Below, one piece after another: positions 16,621 through 25,716 of a DNA stretch of 47,397 bases (position 1 is the first letter of the stretch; every line of letters begins with the position of its first letter). The translations under genes and the position numbers were made by a program. The stretch is from an uncultured Rickettsiales bacterium (GTDB lineage: Bacteria > Pseudomonadota > Alphaproteobacteria > Rickettsiales > SXRF01): contig CAZUKF010000001.1 in the NCBI GenBank assembly GCA_964620765.1, positions 1-47,397 of the forward strand, written 5' to 3'. A model generated the notes under the pieces. It saw only the letters and a program-made list of their open reading frames with translations, made no database searches and was not told where the DNA came from.

Positions 16621-18299
16621 ACCGCGCTGCGTCTTTCCATACCATCTGCTTCTGTTTCAACCTTGAACCGCTTGTGACGCAGGCGCGTTATAGCCTGCTC
16701 GCGGCGCTCAAGAATAGTCCGTGCTTCTACTAATTCCCCCGGTGTAGGGAGCCTCACACGCGGGGCCATATCCGGGCGGAAGGAGTAAAATACGCTCAAA
16801 CCCGGCGGCGGTGCAACTCCTATTATATCGATTATTTTGAAGAACATGTGTATCGGAACCGTGAGGCTGTAGCGCACACGTTGCACCATGAGCTGCCTTT
16901 TCTTTTTCGGTGGTAAGTCTGCCAGCGGAAGCGGTATCGGCGGCGGCGCCACCACCTCATGCCGCGCGGCTTCCTGCAGCTCTGCCCGGAACCGGCGGTA
17001 ATTTACCCGATCAGCTATCCGATTTATCCAGCGAGGCATAGAACGCAGCATTTGCGAGGCACCCAGTGCATATAATACGCGATAAAATAAACTTCCTGCC
17101 CGGCTGAAGCATTGCGCAACGAGAGAGTAAATCTGCCGCAGAATATTCAGCACTTTTGCCACTGCAAAAGCAAAAAGGGCGGTGCAAAATTCAGCCAACT
17201 CCCTGCAAATAAGGTAAGGCACTTTGAGTACCCGTCTTAGGCCTTTTTGCCTCGGTTTCGGGGGCAACGGTATACGGGGCTTGCGGAAACGAGCTTTCAG
17301 GTACCGCCAGTATGGCGCGAGATGGAGTGAAAATTGGTGGCGCGGCATCAGCATGATTTCCCGCAGCAGGTTCTGCGCATAAACCACCAGGCGCGGCACG
17401 CCGTAAGGCACCTCGCAGAGCAGGCTGCCTTCTACATCCTGCACCAGCACGGTTTTGCGCAGCGTATCGGGAACGAGGCTGAATTCGCGGTAGCCGTTTT
17501 TATAGGCCCAGGTATAGGCAAAAATCCGCCGCGCCAGGTAGCTGAAGCGCTCCTGCGTTGCATGCGTCGTCAGACGCCGCCATTCCTGCAGGTTGCGACG
17601 ATGGCGGATTTTCTGGTCTTCCGGGCTTACGCCAACACCGAACTCCATGCCGCCAAAGGCAATGTCAAACACCGGCACGTCGCGCTGCAACGAGTTTTCA
17701 CGATAGTAATTGAGATAGCTGCTGTGCCCGAAAAGGGACCCCGGCCCCAGCCAGAGATGATAGGCCACGCATTGCTGGAAGCCGTCTGAGCCCCAGCAAT
17801 CGCCAGTACCTTCCGTCAGTTCCAGCCAACGGCGGGTGTAAATCGGGAAGCTCTCCGGCATGAACGTGCATTCGTAATGCGACGTGTAATTGAGCAGCTT
17901 AGTCGAGGAAATGCGCAGGCGGAAAACATCGTCCGGATAATAGCCGATGTAGCGCTCACGCAGGATTTTGTCCCAGTGCTTCGTCTGGAAGCGCACCTCG
18001 TCCGTCGCCAGCATCACGAAATAGGTTTCCGGGTCCGATTCAAAAAACAGCTGCTCCATTCCCACCCAAATGGAGAACACACCCTCCAGCCGCGGCGTGA
18101 TGAAGGCGCGTATGCTGAAAGGCCGTTTCTTCTGCTCCGCCTCGATAAACTCCTGCGCACCCGGCTGGTCGGTATCAAACTTGACCAACCACTCCATGCA
18201 CGAGGGATCGCTCACCGTGGCTTCGGCACTGTCAAACGCTGCGCGCAGCTCGTCAAAGCGGCGCGTCGGCGTGATGAAGCTGATCAGTTTGCGCGGCAT
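16617..18299 (-). CDS. Hypothetical 560-aa protein: GT-A-like N-terminal half and a basic, Pro/Arg-rich, partly hydrophobic C-terminal half
   Basis: The N-terminus ISFITPTRR...FVMLATDEVRF looks like a GT2-type beta1 strand and DxD region. The C-terminal half has lower GC, with PRIPLPPKPRQKG, PPPIPLPLADLPPKKKRQ and hydrophobic helices. No family assigned. Confidence 0.35.
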   Translation of the reverse strand: MPRKLISFITPTRRFDELRAAFDSAEATVSDPSCMEWLVKFDTDQPGAQEFIEAEQKKRPFSIRAFITPRLEGVFSIWVGMEQLFFESDPETYFVMLATDEVRFQTKHWDKILRERYIGYYPDDVFRLRISSTKLLNYTSHYECTFMPESFPIYTRRWLELTEGTGDCWGSDGFQQCVAYHLWLGPGSLFGHSSYLNYYRENSLQRDVPVFDIAFGGMEFGVGVSPEDQKIRHRRNLQEWRRLTTHATQERFSYLARRIFAYTWAYKNGYREFSLVPDTLRKTVLVQDVEGSLLCEVPYGVPRLVVYAQNLLREIMLMPRHQFSLHLAPYWRYLKARFRKPRIPLPPKPRQKGLRRVLKVPYLICRELAEFCTALFAFAVAKVLNILRQIYSLVAQCFSRAGSLFYRVLYALGASQMLRSMPRWINRIADRVNYRRFRAELQEAARHEVVAPPPIPLPLADLPPKKKRQLMVQRVRYSLTVPIHMFFKIIDIIGVAPPPGLSVFYSFRPDMAPRVRLPTPGELVEARTILERREQAITRLRHKRFKVETEADGMERRSAV

Positions 18300-18319
18300 G
18301 GCTTAAGCGGGAACGCCGC

Positions 18320-19117
18320 CTACTCCTTCACGATGTAGGCGCCCGGGTTGCTGGCCCAGTCGAAACGCTGCAACTTGATTTTCCTGCCGGCAAAGAATTC
18401 GTCTACCGCACGGCTTTCGCCTTCCCACGGCGGGATGCCGTATTCGTCGAACGCCACGATGCCACCCGGCACCACCAGCGGCCAGAGATGCTCCAGCGCG
18501 GTGAGCGTGGGCCGGTAGAGGTCGGCGTCAAAATGCATCAGCGAGATGCGCATGCCGGGATTTTCTTCCACGTATTTGGGCACGGTTTTTTCAATGTCGC
18601 CCTTCACCAGGTGAATGCGCGGCTTGTAGGGGATGAAGCGGTCTTCATCAAAGATGCTGATCGCGTCGCGCAGCTGGTCTTCAAACTCGTTGCTGTTGAA
18701 GCCGCCGGATTTTTTGCCGACGGACGCATCTTCCTTGCCGTCCTTCTTGTCGAACGTGCCGAAGCCCTTGAAGTTGTCAAAACCCACCACCTTCTTGTGG
18801 CGGTCTCCCATGTTGCGGATTTCCATGAAATTCGCCCATGACATCAGCGAAGCGCCGCGGTACACGCCCAGCTCCACGATATCGCCCGGCAGGTTCACGA
18901 CCTGCTGGTACATTTCATAATGCGCCAGGAAGCGTTTTAAGAACACGCGGCGAGTATAGATCTGGAAGTTGCGCCAGATTTCGCGGCGCGTGATGCCGTA
19001 GGTGTCGAAATGTTCTTCCAGGCGCTTCTCGATGTTGTCGTCCGCGCTGAAATTCTTGCGCCCGTCGAACTGGCTTTCTTGCGTTTTCTTGACGGTTGCG
19101 GTTTTTCCCTTAGCCAT
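18320..19117 (-). CDS. TylF/MycF-family SAM-dependent O-methyltransferase
   Basis: GDIVELGVYRGASL and HFDADLYRPTLTALEHLWPLVVPGGIVAFDEY. Start chosen at ATG 19115-19117, preceded by AAGGAAAG; the ORF track begins at 19153. Confidence 0.82.
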   Translation of the reverse strand: MAKGKTATVKKTQESQFDGRKNFSADDNIEKRLEEHFDTYGITRREIWRNFQIYTRRVFLKRFLAHYEMYQQVVNLPGDIVELGVYRGASLMSWANFMEIRNMGDRHKKVVGFDNFKGFGTFDKKDGKEDASVGKKSGGFNSNEFEDQLRDAISIFDEDRFIPYKPRIHLVKGDIEKTVPKYVEENPGMRISLMHFDADLYRPTLTALEHLWPLVVPGGIVAFDEYGIPPWEGESRAVDEFFAGRKIKLQRFDWASNPGAYIVKE

Positions 19118-19904
19118 GGATCGCTTTCCTTTTGTTGCCATTGGTTTGTACAAACATGCCTTGTCTTATGTCGAAATAGTCCTTGCCTTCCAGCGCATCC
19201 GCCGGGTCAATCAGCCGGAATTCCAGCGAGCGGCGCTCCACCTCGGCCCCCGGCGGGGTAAACGTGCGATGCAGAACAAGATCGCCAAATACCAGCGCGT
19301 CGCCGAGCGCAAGATCGTAATGGTAGCAATCCTTGCATTGCTCGGCCGCAACACCTGCCCCGAACCCGTCCATTGCCTTATGCGGCATTTCCTGGTCCGG
19401 CGCCTTTTCATTGTCACGCGCAAACTGCACGGTGGTGCAGTTCGCGGGTTCGTCTTCAATGGGAATGAAACACGTAATCACTTTTTTGTGGCGCTTCGAG
19501 GCCGGGTGCAGCTGCATGTAGCCCGCATCCTGGTGCCACGGCACCGCGTGCCCCACCGCGCGCACATGCCGCACCTGCACCGGGAACATGACGTAGGTGA
19601 AAGGGTGCAGCGCTTCGATCAGTTTCTCGCGGTAGGAGGCATCACGCCAGACATCGTACCAATGATCCCGCATCCGGAAATCATCAGAGGATTCGCCGCG
19701 TTCCACCGCCTGACGCTCGCGCTCGGGCAGGGTGCCGGATTTTGTCTGCATTTCCGCCTCGCCCTCGATAAACCGCTGGCGAAGCTGCCTTAAAAGTGCC
19801 GGATCGAACAGATCAGCCGCGTGGCGCACGAAAATACGATTTACCGTATCGAGCATAAAAGCCTGAATATATTGAATACCTTTAAGAGGGGCGTAGTCTT
19901 GCAC
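19110..19904 (-). CDS. Fe(II)/2-oxoglutarate dioxygenase, PhyH-like
   Basis: VPWHQDAGY (HxD), distal LVLHRTF, and RRSLEFR. Confidence 0.65.
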   Translation of the reverse strand: MQDYAPLKGIQYIQAFMLDTVNRIFVRHAADLFDPALLRQLRQRFIEGEAEMQTKSGTLPERERQAVERGESSDDFRMRDHWYDVWRDASYREKLIEALHPFTYVMFPVQVRHVRAVGHAVPWHQDAGYMQLHPASKRHKKVITCFIPIEDEPANCTTVQFARDNEKAPDQEMPHKAMDGFGAGVAAEQCKDCYHYDLALGDALVFGDLVLHRTFTPPGAEVERRSLEFRLIDPADALEGKDYFDIRQGMFVQTNGNKRKAIHG

Positions 19905-20010
19905 AAGCGCAGCAGGCGGTCAACAACGGGCTTTGCGAAATAGGCATACAAAATCGCTTGTTTCAGGCGAAATCTCCGTGTTAAGTGGCAGGTCAAAATA
20001 GGGAGCCGTT
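19905..20010. promoter_or_regulatory. Divergent intergenic region, probable divergent promoters
   Basis: A 106-bp non-coding gap between divergent operons, the largest such gap inside the locus. AGGGAG SD sequence before ATG 20011. No boxes assigned. Confidence 0.3.
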
Positions 20011-21096
20011 ATGGGGCTGAAAGTCCTGATTTTAGGCGTAAATGGGTTCATCGGCAGCAGCCTGACACGGCGTATCCTGCAGGAGACGAACTGGGACGTC
20101 TACGGCATGGACGTGGGCGATGACCGTGTGCGCGACCTGCTGGTTGAGCCCCGCTTCCACTTCAAGGAAGGTGACATTTGCATTCACCAGGAGTGGATCG
20201 AATACCACGTCAAGAAGTGCGACGTGGTGTTGCCGCTGGCCGCCATCGCCACCCCTGCCACCTACGTGCGTGACCCACTGGCCGTTTTCGAGCTGGATTT
20301 CGAAGCCAACCTCGCCATTGTGCGCCAGTGCGTCAAATACCGCCGCCGCCTGATTTTCCCCTCCACCTCGGAAGTCTACGGCATGAGCCCGGATACACCG
20401 TACAACGAGGAAACCAGCGCACTGGTCACCGGGCCGATCGAAAAAGAGCGCTGGATTTACGCCAGCTGCAAACAGCTGATGGACCGCGTGATCTACGCTT
20501 ACGGCAAGCGCGACAACCTGCATTTCACGCTGTTCCGCCCGTTCAACTGGTTCGGCCCGCATTTGGACCGGCTGTACGAACCGAAGGCCGACCAGAACCG
20601 CGCCGACCCCTCCGAGGGCCCCAGCCGCGTGGTGACGCGCTTCATGAGCAATATTTTCAACGGCGAAGACATCATCCTCGTGGATGGCGGCAGGCAGAAG
20701 CGCGCGTTCCTCTATGTGGATGACGGTATCGACGCGCTGATGCGCATCATCCGCGATGATGGCGGCAACGCCGACGGGCGCATCTTCAACATCGGCCACC
20801 CCGGCAACGAGGTATCCATCCGCGAACTGGCAGAGAAAATGCTCCAGATCACAGCGCAGTTTGAAGGCTACGAAGGCGTGGGCCTCACCGTGCGCCTCAT
20901 CGAAAAGGCCGGGGAAGCACATTACGGCAAGGGATACCAGGATCTGCAGGTGCGCGTTCCCTGCATTGAAAATGCAAAAAAACACCTGAACTGGACGCCA
21001 AAAATTGATCTGCATACTGCGCTCAAGCGGACAATCGCCTTTTACATCAACCAACGTGAAGTACCGGCCGCAGCAAAGCAGCGCGCCATCGCCTGA
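20011..21096 (+). CDS. UDP-glucuronate oxidative decarboxylase, stand-alone ArnA C-terminal-domain homolog
   Basis: ILGVNGFIGSSL...FHFKEGDICIHQEWIEYHVKKCDVVLPLAAIATPATYVRDPLAVFELDFEANL...LIFPSTSEVYGM is near-colinear with the E. coli ArnA dehydrogenase domain. Confidence 0.85.
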   Translation: MGLKVLILGVNGFIGSSLTRRILQETNWDVYGMDVGDDRVRDLLVEPRFHFKEGDICIHQEWIEYHVKKCDVVLPLAAIATPATYVRDPLAVFELDFEANLAIVRQCVKYRRRLIFPSTSEVYGMSPDTPYNEETSALVTGPIEKERWIYASCKQLMDRVIYAYGKRDNLHFTLFRPFNWFGPHLDRLYEPKADQNRADPSEGPSRVVTRFMSNIFNGEDIILVDGGRQKRAFLYVDDGIDALMRIIRDDGGNADGRIFNIGHPGNEVSIRELAEKMLQITAQFEGYEGVGLTVRLIEKAGEAHYGKGYQDLQVRVPCIENAKKHLNWTPKIDLHTALKRTIAFYINQREVPAAAKQRAIA

Positions 21097-21109
21097 GGGA
21101 GAAAGCACC

Positions 21110-22117
21110 ATGACCGCTACTACGGCAGAATCAGCACCTGCTTTAAAACCGCCGTGTCCTGAAACTTACACCTTCGAACACCATGAACTCACGCCGGCCC
21201 TGTTTACCGGGGCAATGGCGCATTACGGCGTGGTGCTCATCCGCTCGCTGTTTCCGAAGGAAGAAGCGCAGGAATTGATACGCGAGGTGGAAGATTTGTT
21301 CACCGTCATCGAGAGCCTGCTGAACTACAACCTGCTCACCTCCAACGCCATCTCCTATCTCAAGGGCGGCCACCCGGCGGACATGATTCCCAACATGCGC
21401 CTGCTGCAGAACCTGCTGAACCAGCCGCGCCTCATCCAGTCGCTGCAGCATTATTTCAATGAGGACGAGCTGGTGGTGCACATGGAGTCCACCGGCCTGC
21501 GGCATTGCGACCCGAAGAAATGGCAGAACTACATTCCCTGGCACCAGGACGTCCATGCCCGCCGCGACAGCTTCGTCACGATCTGGACGCCGCTCTGCCG
21601 CGTGGGCGAGGAAGCGCCGGGCCTGGAAGTGCTGCCGCGCAGGCTTTCTGAAAAGGTGTTGAAAAACACTACCGGCGAAGAGGTGGCCTACGAGGGAAAA
21701 GGCGTGCCGGACGCGGAAGTGCGCCGGCTTTTCGGCGACGAGCGTTTCCACCCGGTGATGGATGTGGGCGACGTGATGGTGTTCAGCCCGTATAACCTGC
21801 ACCGCACTTACGTTACGGAAAGCATGAGCAAAGCGCGCATCAGCCTGGATGTACGCCTGAACCCGGCAAGCCGTAACCCCGTAAAAGACCACTGGAAGAT
21901 GGAGGCGATACGCTTCCCCACCACGGAAAAGGTCGTGCGGCAGGAAGGCCGCAGCCGCTTTAACATCGAGCATTTGCTCGTGCCGGTGCAGCAGCCGCCT
22001 GCGCCCGCGCCTGCCACTATCCCTGCCACTATCACCGTGCCGCAGAACCTGGAACAAAAGGCCCGCGCGCGCATCAAACGCAAACTGCACCGTCTTGTTG
22101 ATGTCATCCCCGGCTGA
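21110..22117 (+). CDS. Fe(II)/2-oxoglutarate dioxygenase, PhyH-like
   Basis: Start ATG 21110 after GAGGGAGAAAG. IPWHQDVHA (HxD), YNLHRTY, and RISLDVR. Confidence 0.65.
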   Translation: MTATTAESAPALKPPCPETYTFEHHELTPALFTGAMAHYGVVLIRSLFPKEEAQELIREVEDLFTVIESLLNYNLLTSNAISYLKGGHPADMIPNMRLLQNLLNQPRLIQSLQHYFNEDELVVHMESTGLRHCDPKKWQNYIPWHQDVHARRDSFVTIWTPLCRVGEEAPGLEVLPRRLSEKVLKNTTGEEVAYEGKGVPDAEVRRLFGDERFHPVMDVGDVMVFSPYNLHRTYVTESMSKARISLDVRLNPASRNPVKDHWKMEAIRFPTTEKVVRQEGRSRFNIEHLLVPVQQPPAPAPATIPATITVPQNLEQKARARIKRKLHRLVDVIPG

Positions 22118-23237
22118 AATACTCCCGGTCATGCTCTCCAAGCTTCCGCCCGCGGAGGCCATTCAGCCGTATCTGCAGGAAATTGATCGCAGCGGAAAAT
22201 ACTGCAATTTCGGGCCGCTGGAGGCGCGTTTCCGTGCACGGCTAGGTGGACAGCTCGGCACGGAAGCGAACGAGATCGTCACCTTCTGCAACGGCACGCT
22301 GGCACTGACCTGCGCGCTCAAGGCACTGAATGTTGAGCCGGGCAGCCTGTGCATCATACCCGCCTGGACTTTCACCGCCACCGCCGCCGCGGCGATGATG
22401 GCAGGGCTCACACCCTATTTTCTCGATGTCGATGAAACCAGCTGGGCGCTGAACCCGGAAAGCGTGGAGCAGGCGCTTGCCACGCTGCACAACGTGGGTT
22501 GCGTTATTCCCGTTTCGCCGTTCGGCGACCCGGTGGACGTAGCGGCGTGGCAGCAGTTCAGGCAACGCACGGGCCTGCCGGTGCTCATCGACGCCGCCGG
22601 CGCGTATGATTCTTTCCGCGAGATTGAAAGTTTCCACGCCAGCGATATCCCGGTGATGATCAGCCTGCACGGCACCAAGCCGCTCGGCATCGGCGAAGGC
22701 GGCATTGTGATCAGCACGGATACGGAGTTCGCAGAGCGGCTGAAGGCGATGACGGTGTTCGGCTTCCGGGGTTCGCGCAACAGCGCGGTCGCTGCCACCA
22801 ATGCCAAGATCAGCGAATACACGGCAGCCGTCGGCCTTGCAGCGCTGGATGTTTACGCGGATTACCGGCTGCGCTTTGCGAGCTTGCGCGACTACTATAT
22901 TGAAAAATTCGCCACGCTGGACGTGGCACACCGGCTCGACAAACGCTGGATTTCGGCGACGTGCAACATCCTCGCACCCGGCGGGGCGGAAACACTGGAG
23001 CCCCTGTTTGCCGCCCGCAACATTGAAACGCGCCGTTGGTGGGAAAGCGGCTGCCACCGCCATACCGCCTATGCTTCCTGCCCGCGCGGCAAGGTGCCCG
23101 TCACTGAGCGCCTCGCGCAAACCGCGCTGGGAATTCCTTTTTATCTCGGCATGTCTGCGGCGGAGCAGGACCACGTGTGCGACACGCTGGCCGAGGGCTT
23201 GACCCCGCGCGCCGCTTCCCGCAAGGTCCCGGCATGA
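22095..23237 (+). CDS. DegT/DnrJ/EryC1/StrS-family PLP sugar aminotransferase
   Basis: PLP lysine context SLHGTKPLGIGEGG. N-terminal PYLQEIDRSGKYCNFGPL is paralogous to ORF 33812-34927. Start uncertain (22095, 22101 or 22131). Confidence 0.85.
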   Translation: MLMSSPAEILPVMLSKLPPAEAIQPYLQEIDRSGKYCNFGPLEARFRARLGGQLGTEANEIVTFCNGTLALTCALKALNVEPGSLCIIPAWTFTATAAAAMMAGLTPYFLDVDETSWALNPESVEQALATLHNVGCVIPVSPFGDPVDVAAWQQFRQRTGLPVLIDAAGAYDSFREIESFHASDIPVMISLHGTKPLGIGEGGIVISTDTEFAERLKAMTVFGFRGSRNSAVAATNAKISEYTAAVGLAALDVYADYRLRFASLRDYYIEKFATLDVAHRLDKRWISATCNILAPGGAETLEPLFAARNIETRRWWESGCHRHTAYASCPRGKVPVTERLAQTALGIPFYLGMSAAEQDHVCDTLAEGLTPRAASRKVPA

Positions 23238-24808
23238 TCAAAACCGCTTTACTTCTCCTCGCCGGGTTGCGTGGCTCACAAGCCGTCTCTCTCCGCTTAA
23301 GTGAAGCCCTGCTGCGCGAAATCCTGCAGATTGTTGCGGAGCATGACCCGCATTTCTTCCTGCTCCAGGCACTGGGCATCAAGCCTGCCGTGCGGAAAAT
23401 CGATGATTATACCGATGCACAGCTGCAGCAGAAAATACGCGATTACCGCGGTGAAACACCGCTGTTTGACCTGTTGGTGAATACCGCCACCTATTTCACC
23501 AATAGCGGCCACCACGAGCTGTCGGCACGGCTTTACCGCGAAATCCTGGCCCAGAAGCCGGACAAGAAAACCCACAGCCTGCTGCTGCAGAACCTACTGA
23601 TCTGCGAAAGCTCAACCCACGAAAGCCTGCTGGCCGCGCACAAAGAATGGGCCGAGATTTATTGTTCCCACATCAAGCCGCTCAGCGTGCATTACCGCAA
23701 GGCGGACCCCAACCGCAAAATCCGCATCGGTTATGCCTGCCACTTCTTCTACGGCGGTGTCTCGAACAACGCGCTGCTGCCCATGCTGGAGCGGCACGAC
23801 CGCAACAAATTCGAGATTTATTGTTATGATGACGGCGAAACACCGCAGGAATGGCGCCACGTGGCCGATTGCTGGCGTGACATCCGCGGGCTCAGCGATG
23901 AGAAAGTGGCCCGCCTGATCGCCGAAGACAGCATCGACATCCTGCAGGAAATGAACGGGCACTGCGCCATCAACCGCATGGGCGTTGTCGCGCACCGCCC
24001 GGCACCAGTGCAGATCAACTGGTATAATCATACGTCCACCACCGCCATTCCCGGTATGACGCACATCACCACGGATAACGTGTCGATCATTGATGAAGAC
24101 CTGAAATGGTACACCGAGAAACTCTACCGCCTTGATCATTTCTACGGTGCGGTGGCGCTGGCCGGCCAGTTCGAAAAGCTGAACACGGAGCCGCCGGCGC
24201 GCAAGAACGGCTATGTCACCTTCGGCTGCCTGGGATCCACGCACAAGCATTCGCAAATGACGATTGCCTTGTGGGCAGACGTGCTCAAGGCCGTGCCGGG
24301 CTCTAAAATGCTCATCAAAGGCGGCCCACTGGAATACCCGTCTTACCGCGAATCCTTCTTCCGGCTTTTCGAGGAGAGCGGCATCCCGCGTGAACGCATT
24401 CTCATGGAAGGCTTCTCGCAGCATGCGGATCTGATCCACAGCTTCAACCGCTTTGACGTGATGCTGGATACCTTCCCCGTCACCGGCGGTTCCACCATGT
24501 TCGAGGCGCTGTATAATGGCATCCCCCCCGTTACATTGAAGGGAAGCCGCTGGTCCTCGCGCACGGGCGCGGCCATTCTTACCACGCTGGGCGCGCCGGA
24601 GCTGATCGCGCTGACGCCGGAAGAATACGTGGCCAAGGCCAAGGCGCTGGCGGGGGATATTGACCGCATCGCTGAATACCGCCGCACGTTGCGCGCGCGC
24701 ATGGCTGCCTCCACGCTGACCAACCCTGAAACTTACCGCAAGGACGTGGAAGGCGCCTACCTCGCCATGTGGAAAGACTGGTGCGAGCAGCAAAAACAGG
24801 CGGCCTAA
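23234..24808 (+). CDS. TPR-repeat protein with a GT41 (OGT/SPINDLY-like) glycosyltransferase domain
   Basis: ATGA overlap start (MIKTALL). GYVTFGCLGSTHKHS...MLDTFPVTGGSTMFEALYNGIPPVTLKG...PELIALTPEEYVAKAKALAGD matches the GT41 C-terminal lobes. Confidence 0.7.
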   Translation: MIKTALLLLAGLRGSQAVSLRLSEALLREILQIVAEHDPHFFLLQALGIKPAVRKIDDYTDAQLQQKIRDYRGETPLFDLLVNTATYFTNSGHHELSARLYREILAQKPDKKTHSLLLQNLLICESSTHESLLAAHKEWAEIYCSHIKPLSVHYRKADPNRKIRIGYACHFFYGGVSNNALLPMLERHDRNKFEIYCYDDGETPQEWRHVADCWRDIRGLSDEKVARLIAEDSIDILQEMNGHCAINRMGVVAHRPAPVQINWYNHTSTTAIPGMTHITTDNVSIIDEDLKWYTEKLYRLDHFYGAVALAGQFEKLNTEPPARKNGYVTFGCLGSTHKHSQMTIALWADVLKAVPGSKMLIKGGPLEYPSYRESFFRLFEESGIPRERILMEGFSQHADLIHSFNRFDVMLDTFPVTGGSTMFEALYNGIPPVTLKGSRWSSRTGAAILTTLGAPELIALTPEEYVAKAKALAGDIDRIAEYRRTLRARMAASTLTNPETYRKDVEGAYLAMWKDWCEQQKQAA

Positions 24809-25668
24809 GCGAGTATCTTGCCTAAATCTACCGGTCTGTCCGTTACCACGCACACAGCGCCATCGGCGCACGCTACCGCATACTCCCCGTCTGCCAGTGA
24901 AAGCACCTGCCCCGGCGCACTGCTTTCACCACGGCCATGTTTGCAGCGCAGGATGCGTACCTCCTGCCCGCCCTCCATGCAGAACGCATACGGCATGGGC
25001 GGCTGCATGGCGCGCACGAGGTTGCAGATGCGCGCGCCCGGCTGGTTCCAGTCCACGCGGCTGTCTTCCGGCGTGCGACGGCGAGCATAGGAACGCGGGA
25101 ATTTGGCGGGAACAACCGGCGGCAGCGCGTTATTCGCAGCAATAAAGCGGAACATCTCCACGCTCATTTCCGCCGAAAGCCTGTTCAGATCCTCGCTGAG
25201 CGAAGGAAAATCATGCTCCTTGCGGATGCGGATTTCGCGTTGCAGGCGGATGGCACCGGTATCAATGCCGCTGTCAATCTGGTGAATCGTCACCCCGGTT
25301 TTTTCCTCGCCGTTTACCAGTGCCCACTGCACCGGGTGCACACCGCGGTAGCTGGGCAGGAGAGAGGAATGGATGTTCAGGAACCCCAGGCGCGGCAGCG
25401 AAAACACTGCTTCCTTCAGCAGCGAGAACCGGCAGGTCAGGCCTAAATCCAGCTTAGCCAGCTCGCCGAGACAAGAGCTCATTTCCTGCTCCGGAACGAA
25501 TTTTACCTTCAACTGCCGGGCAATGCCTTCAAACTGCGTCACTTCTTGCGGCGAGCTTTCCGTGAGCAGCACGATGAAGGCAGGCAAAAACCCGTCCCCG
25601 GCCAGCGCGTTCAGCACGCGCGCCCCCTGCTCCTTGCCGCCGAAAAAAGCCCAGTTTGGCCTGCTCAT
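24805..25668 (-). CDS. Formyltransferase (Fmt / ArnA N-terminal-domain-like sugar N-formyltransferase)
   Basis: Start ATG 25666-25668 (MSRPNWAFFG). FLNIHSSLLPSYRGVHPVQWALVNGEEKTGVTIHQIDSGIDTG. Its stop overlaps the convergent gene's stop within CTAA. Confidence 0.85.
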   Translation of the reverse strand: MSRPNWAFFGGKEQGARVLNALAGDGFLPAFIVLLTESSPQEVTQFEGIARQLKVKFVPEQEMSSCLGELAKLDLGLTCRFSLLKEAVFSLPRLGFLNIHSSLLPSYRGVHPVQWALVNGEEKTGVTIHQIDSGIDTGAIRLQREIRIRKEHDFPSLSEDLNRLSAEMSVEMFRFIAANNALPPVVPAKFPRSYARRRTPEDSRVDWNQPGARICNLVRAMQPPMPYAFCMEGGQEVRILRCKHGRGESSAPGQVLSLADGEYAVACADGAVCVVTDRPVDLGKILA

Positions 25669-25716
25669 GTGTTTTTTACGGTTGTTGTTGCGCCCAAAAT
25701 TACCTAAGTTGCCGGT

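Noticed and set aside
12239-20010. JUMPstart/ops (GGCGGTAG) antitermination element in the two larger intergenic regions (12239-12354 and 19905-20010)
   Set aside because: Only near-misses were seen by eye (GGCGGGTA at about 12307 and GGCGGTC at about 19914). There is no exact ops motif, and the host is probably not enterobacterial.
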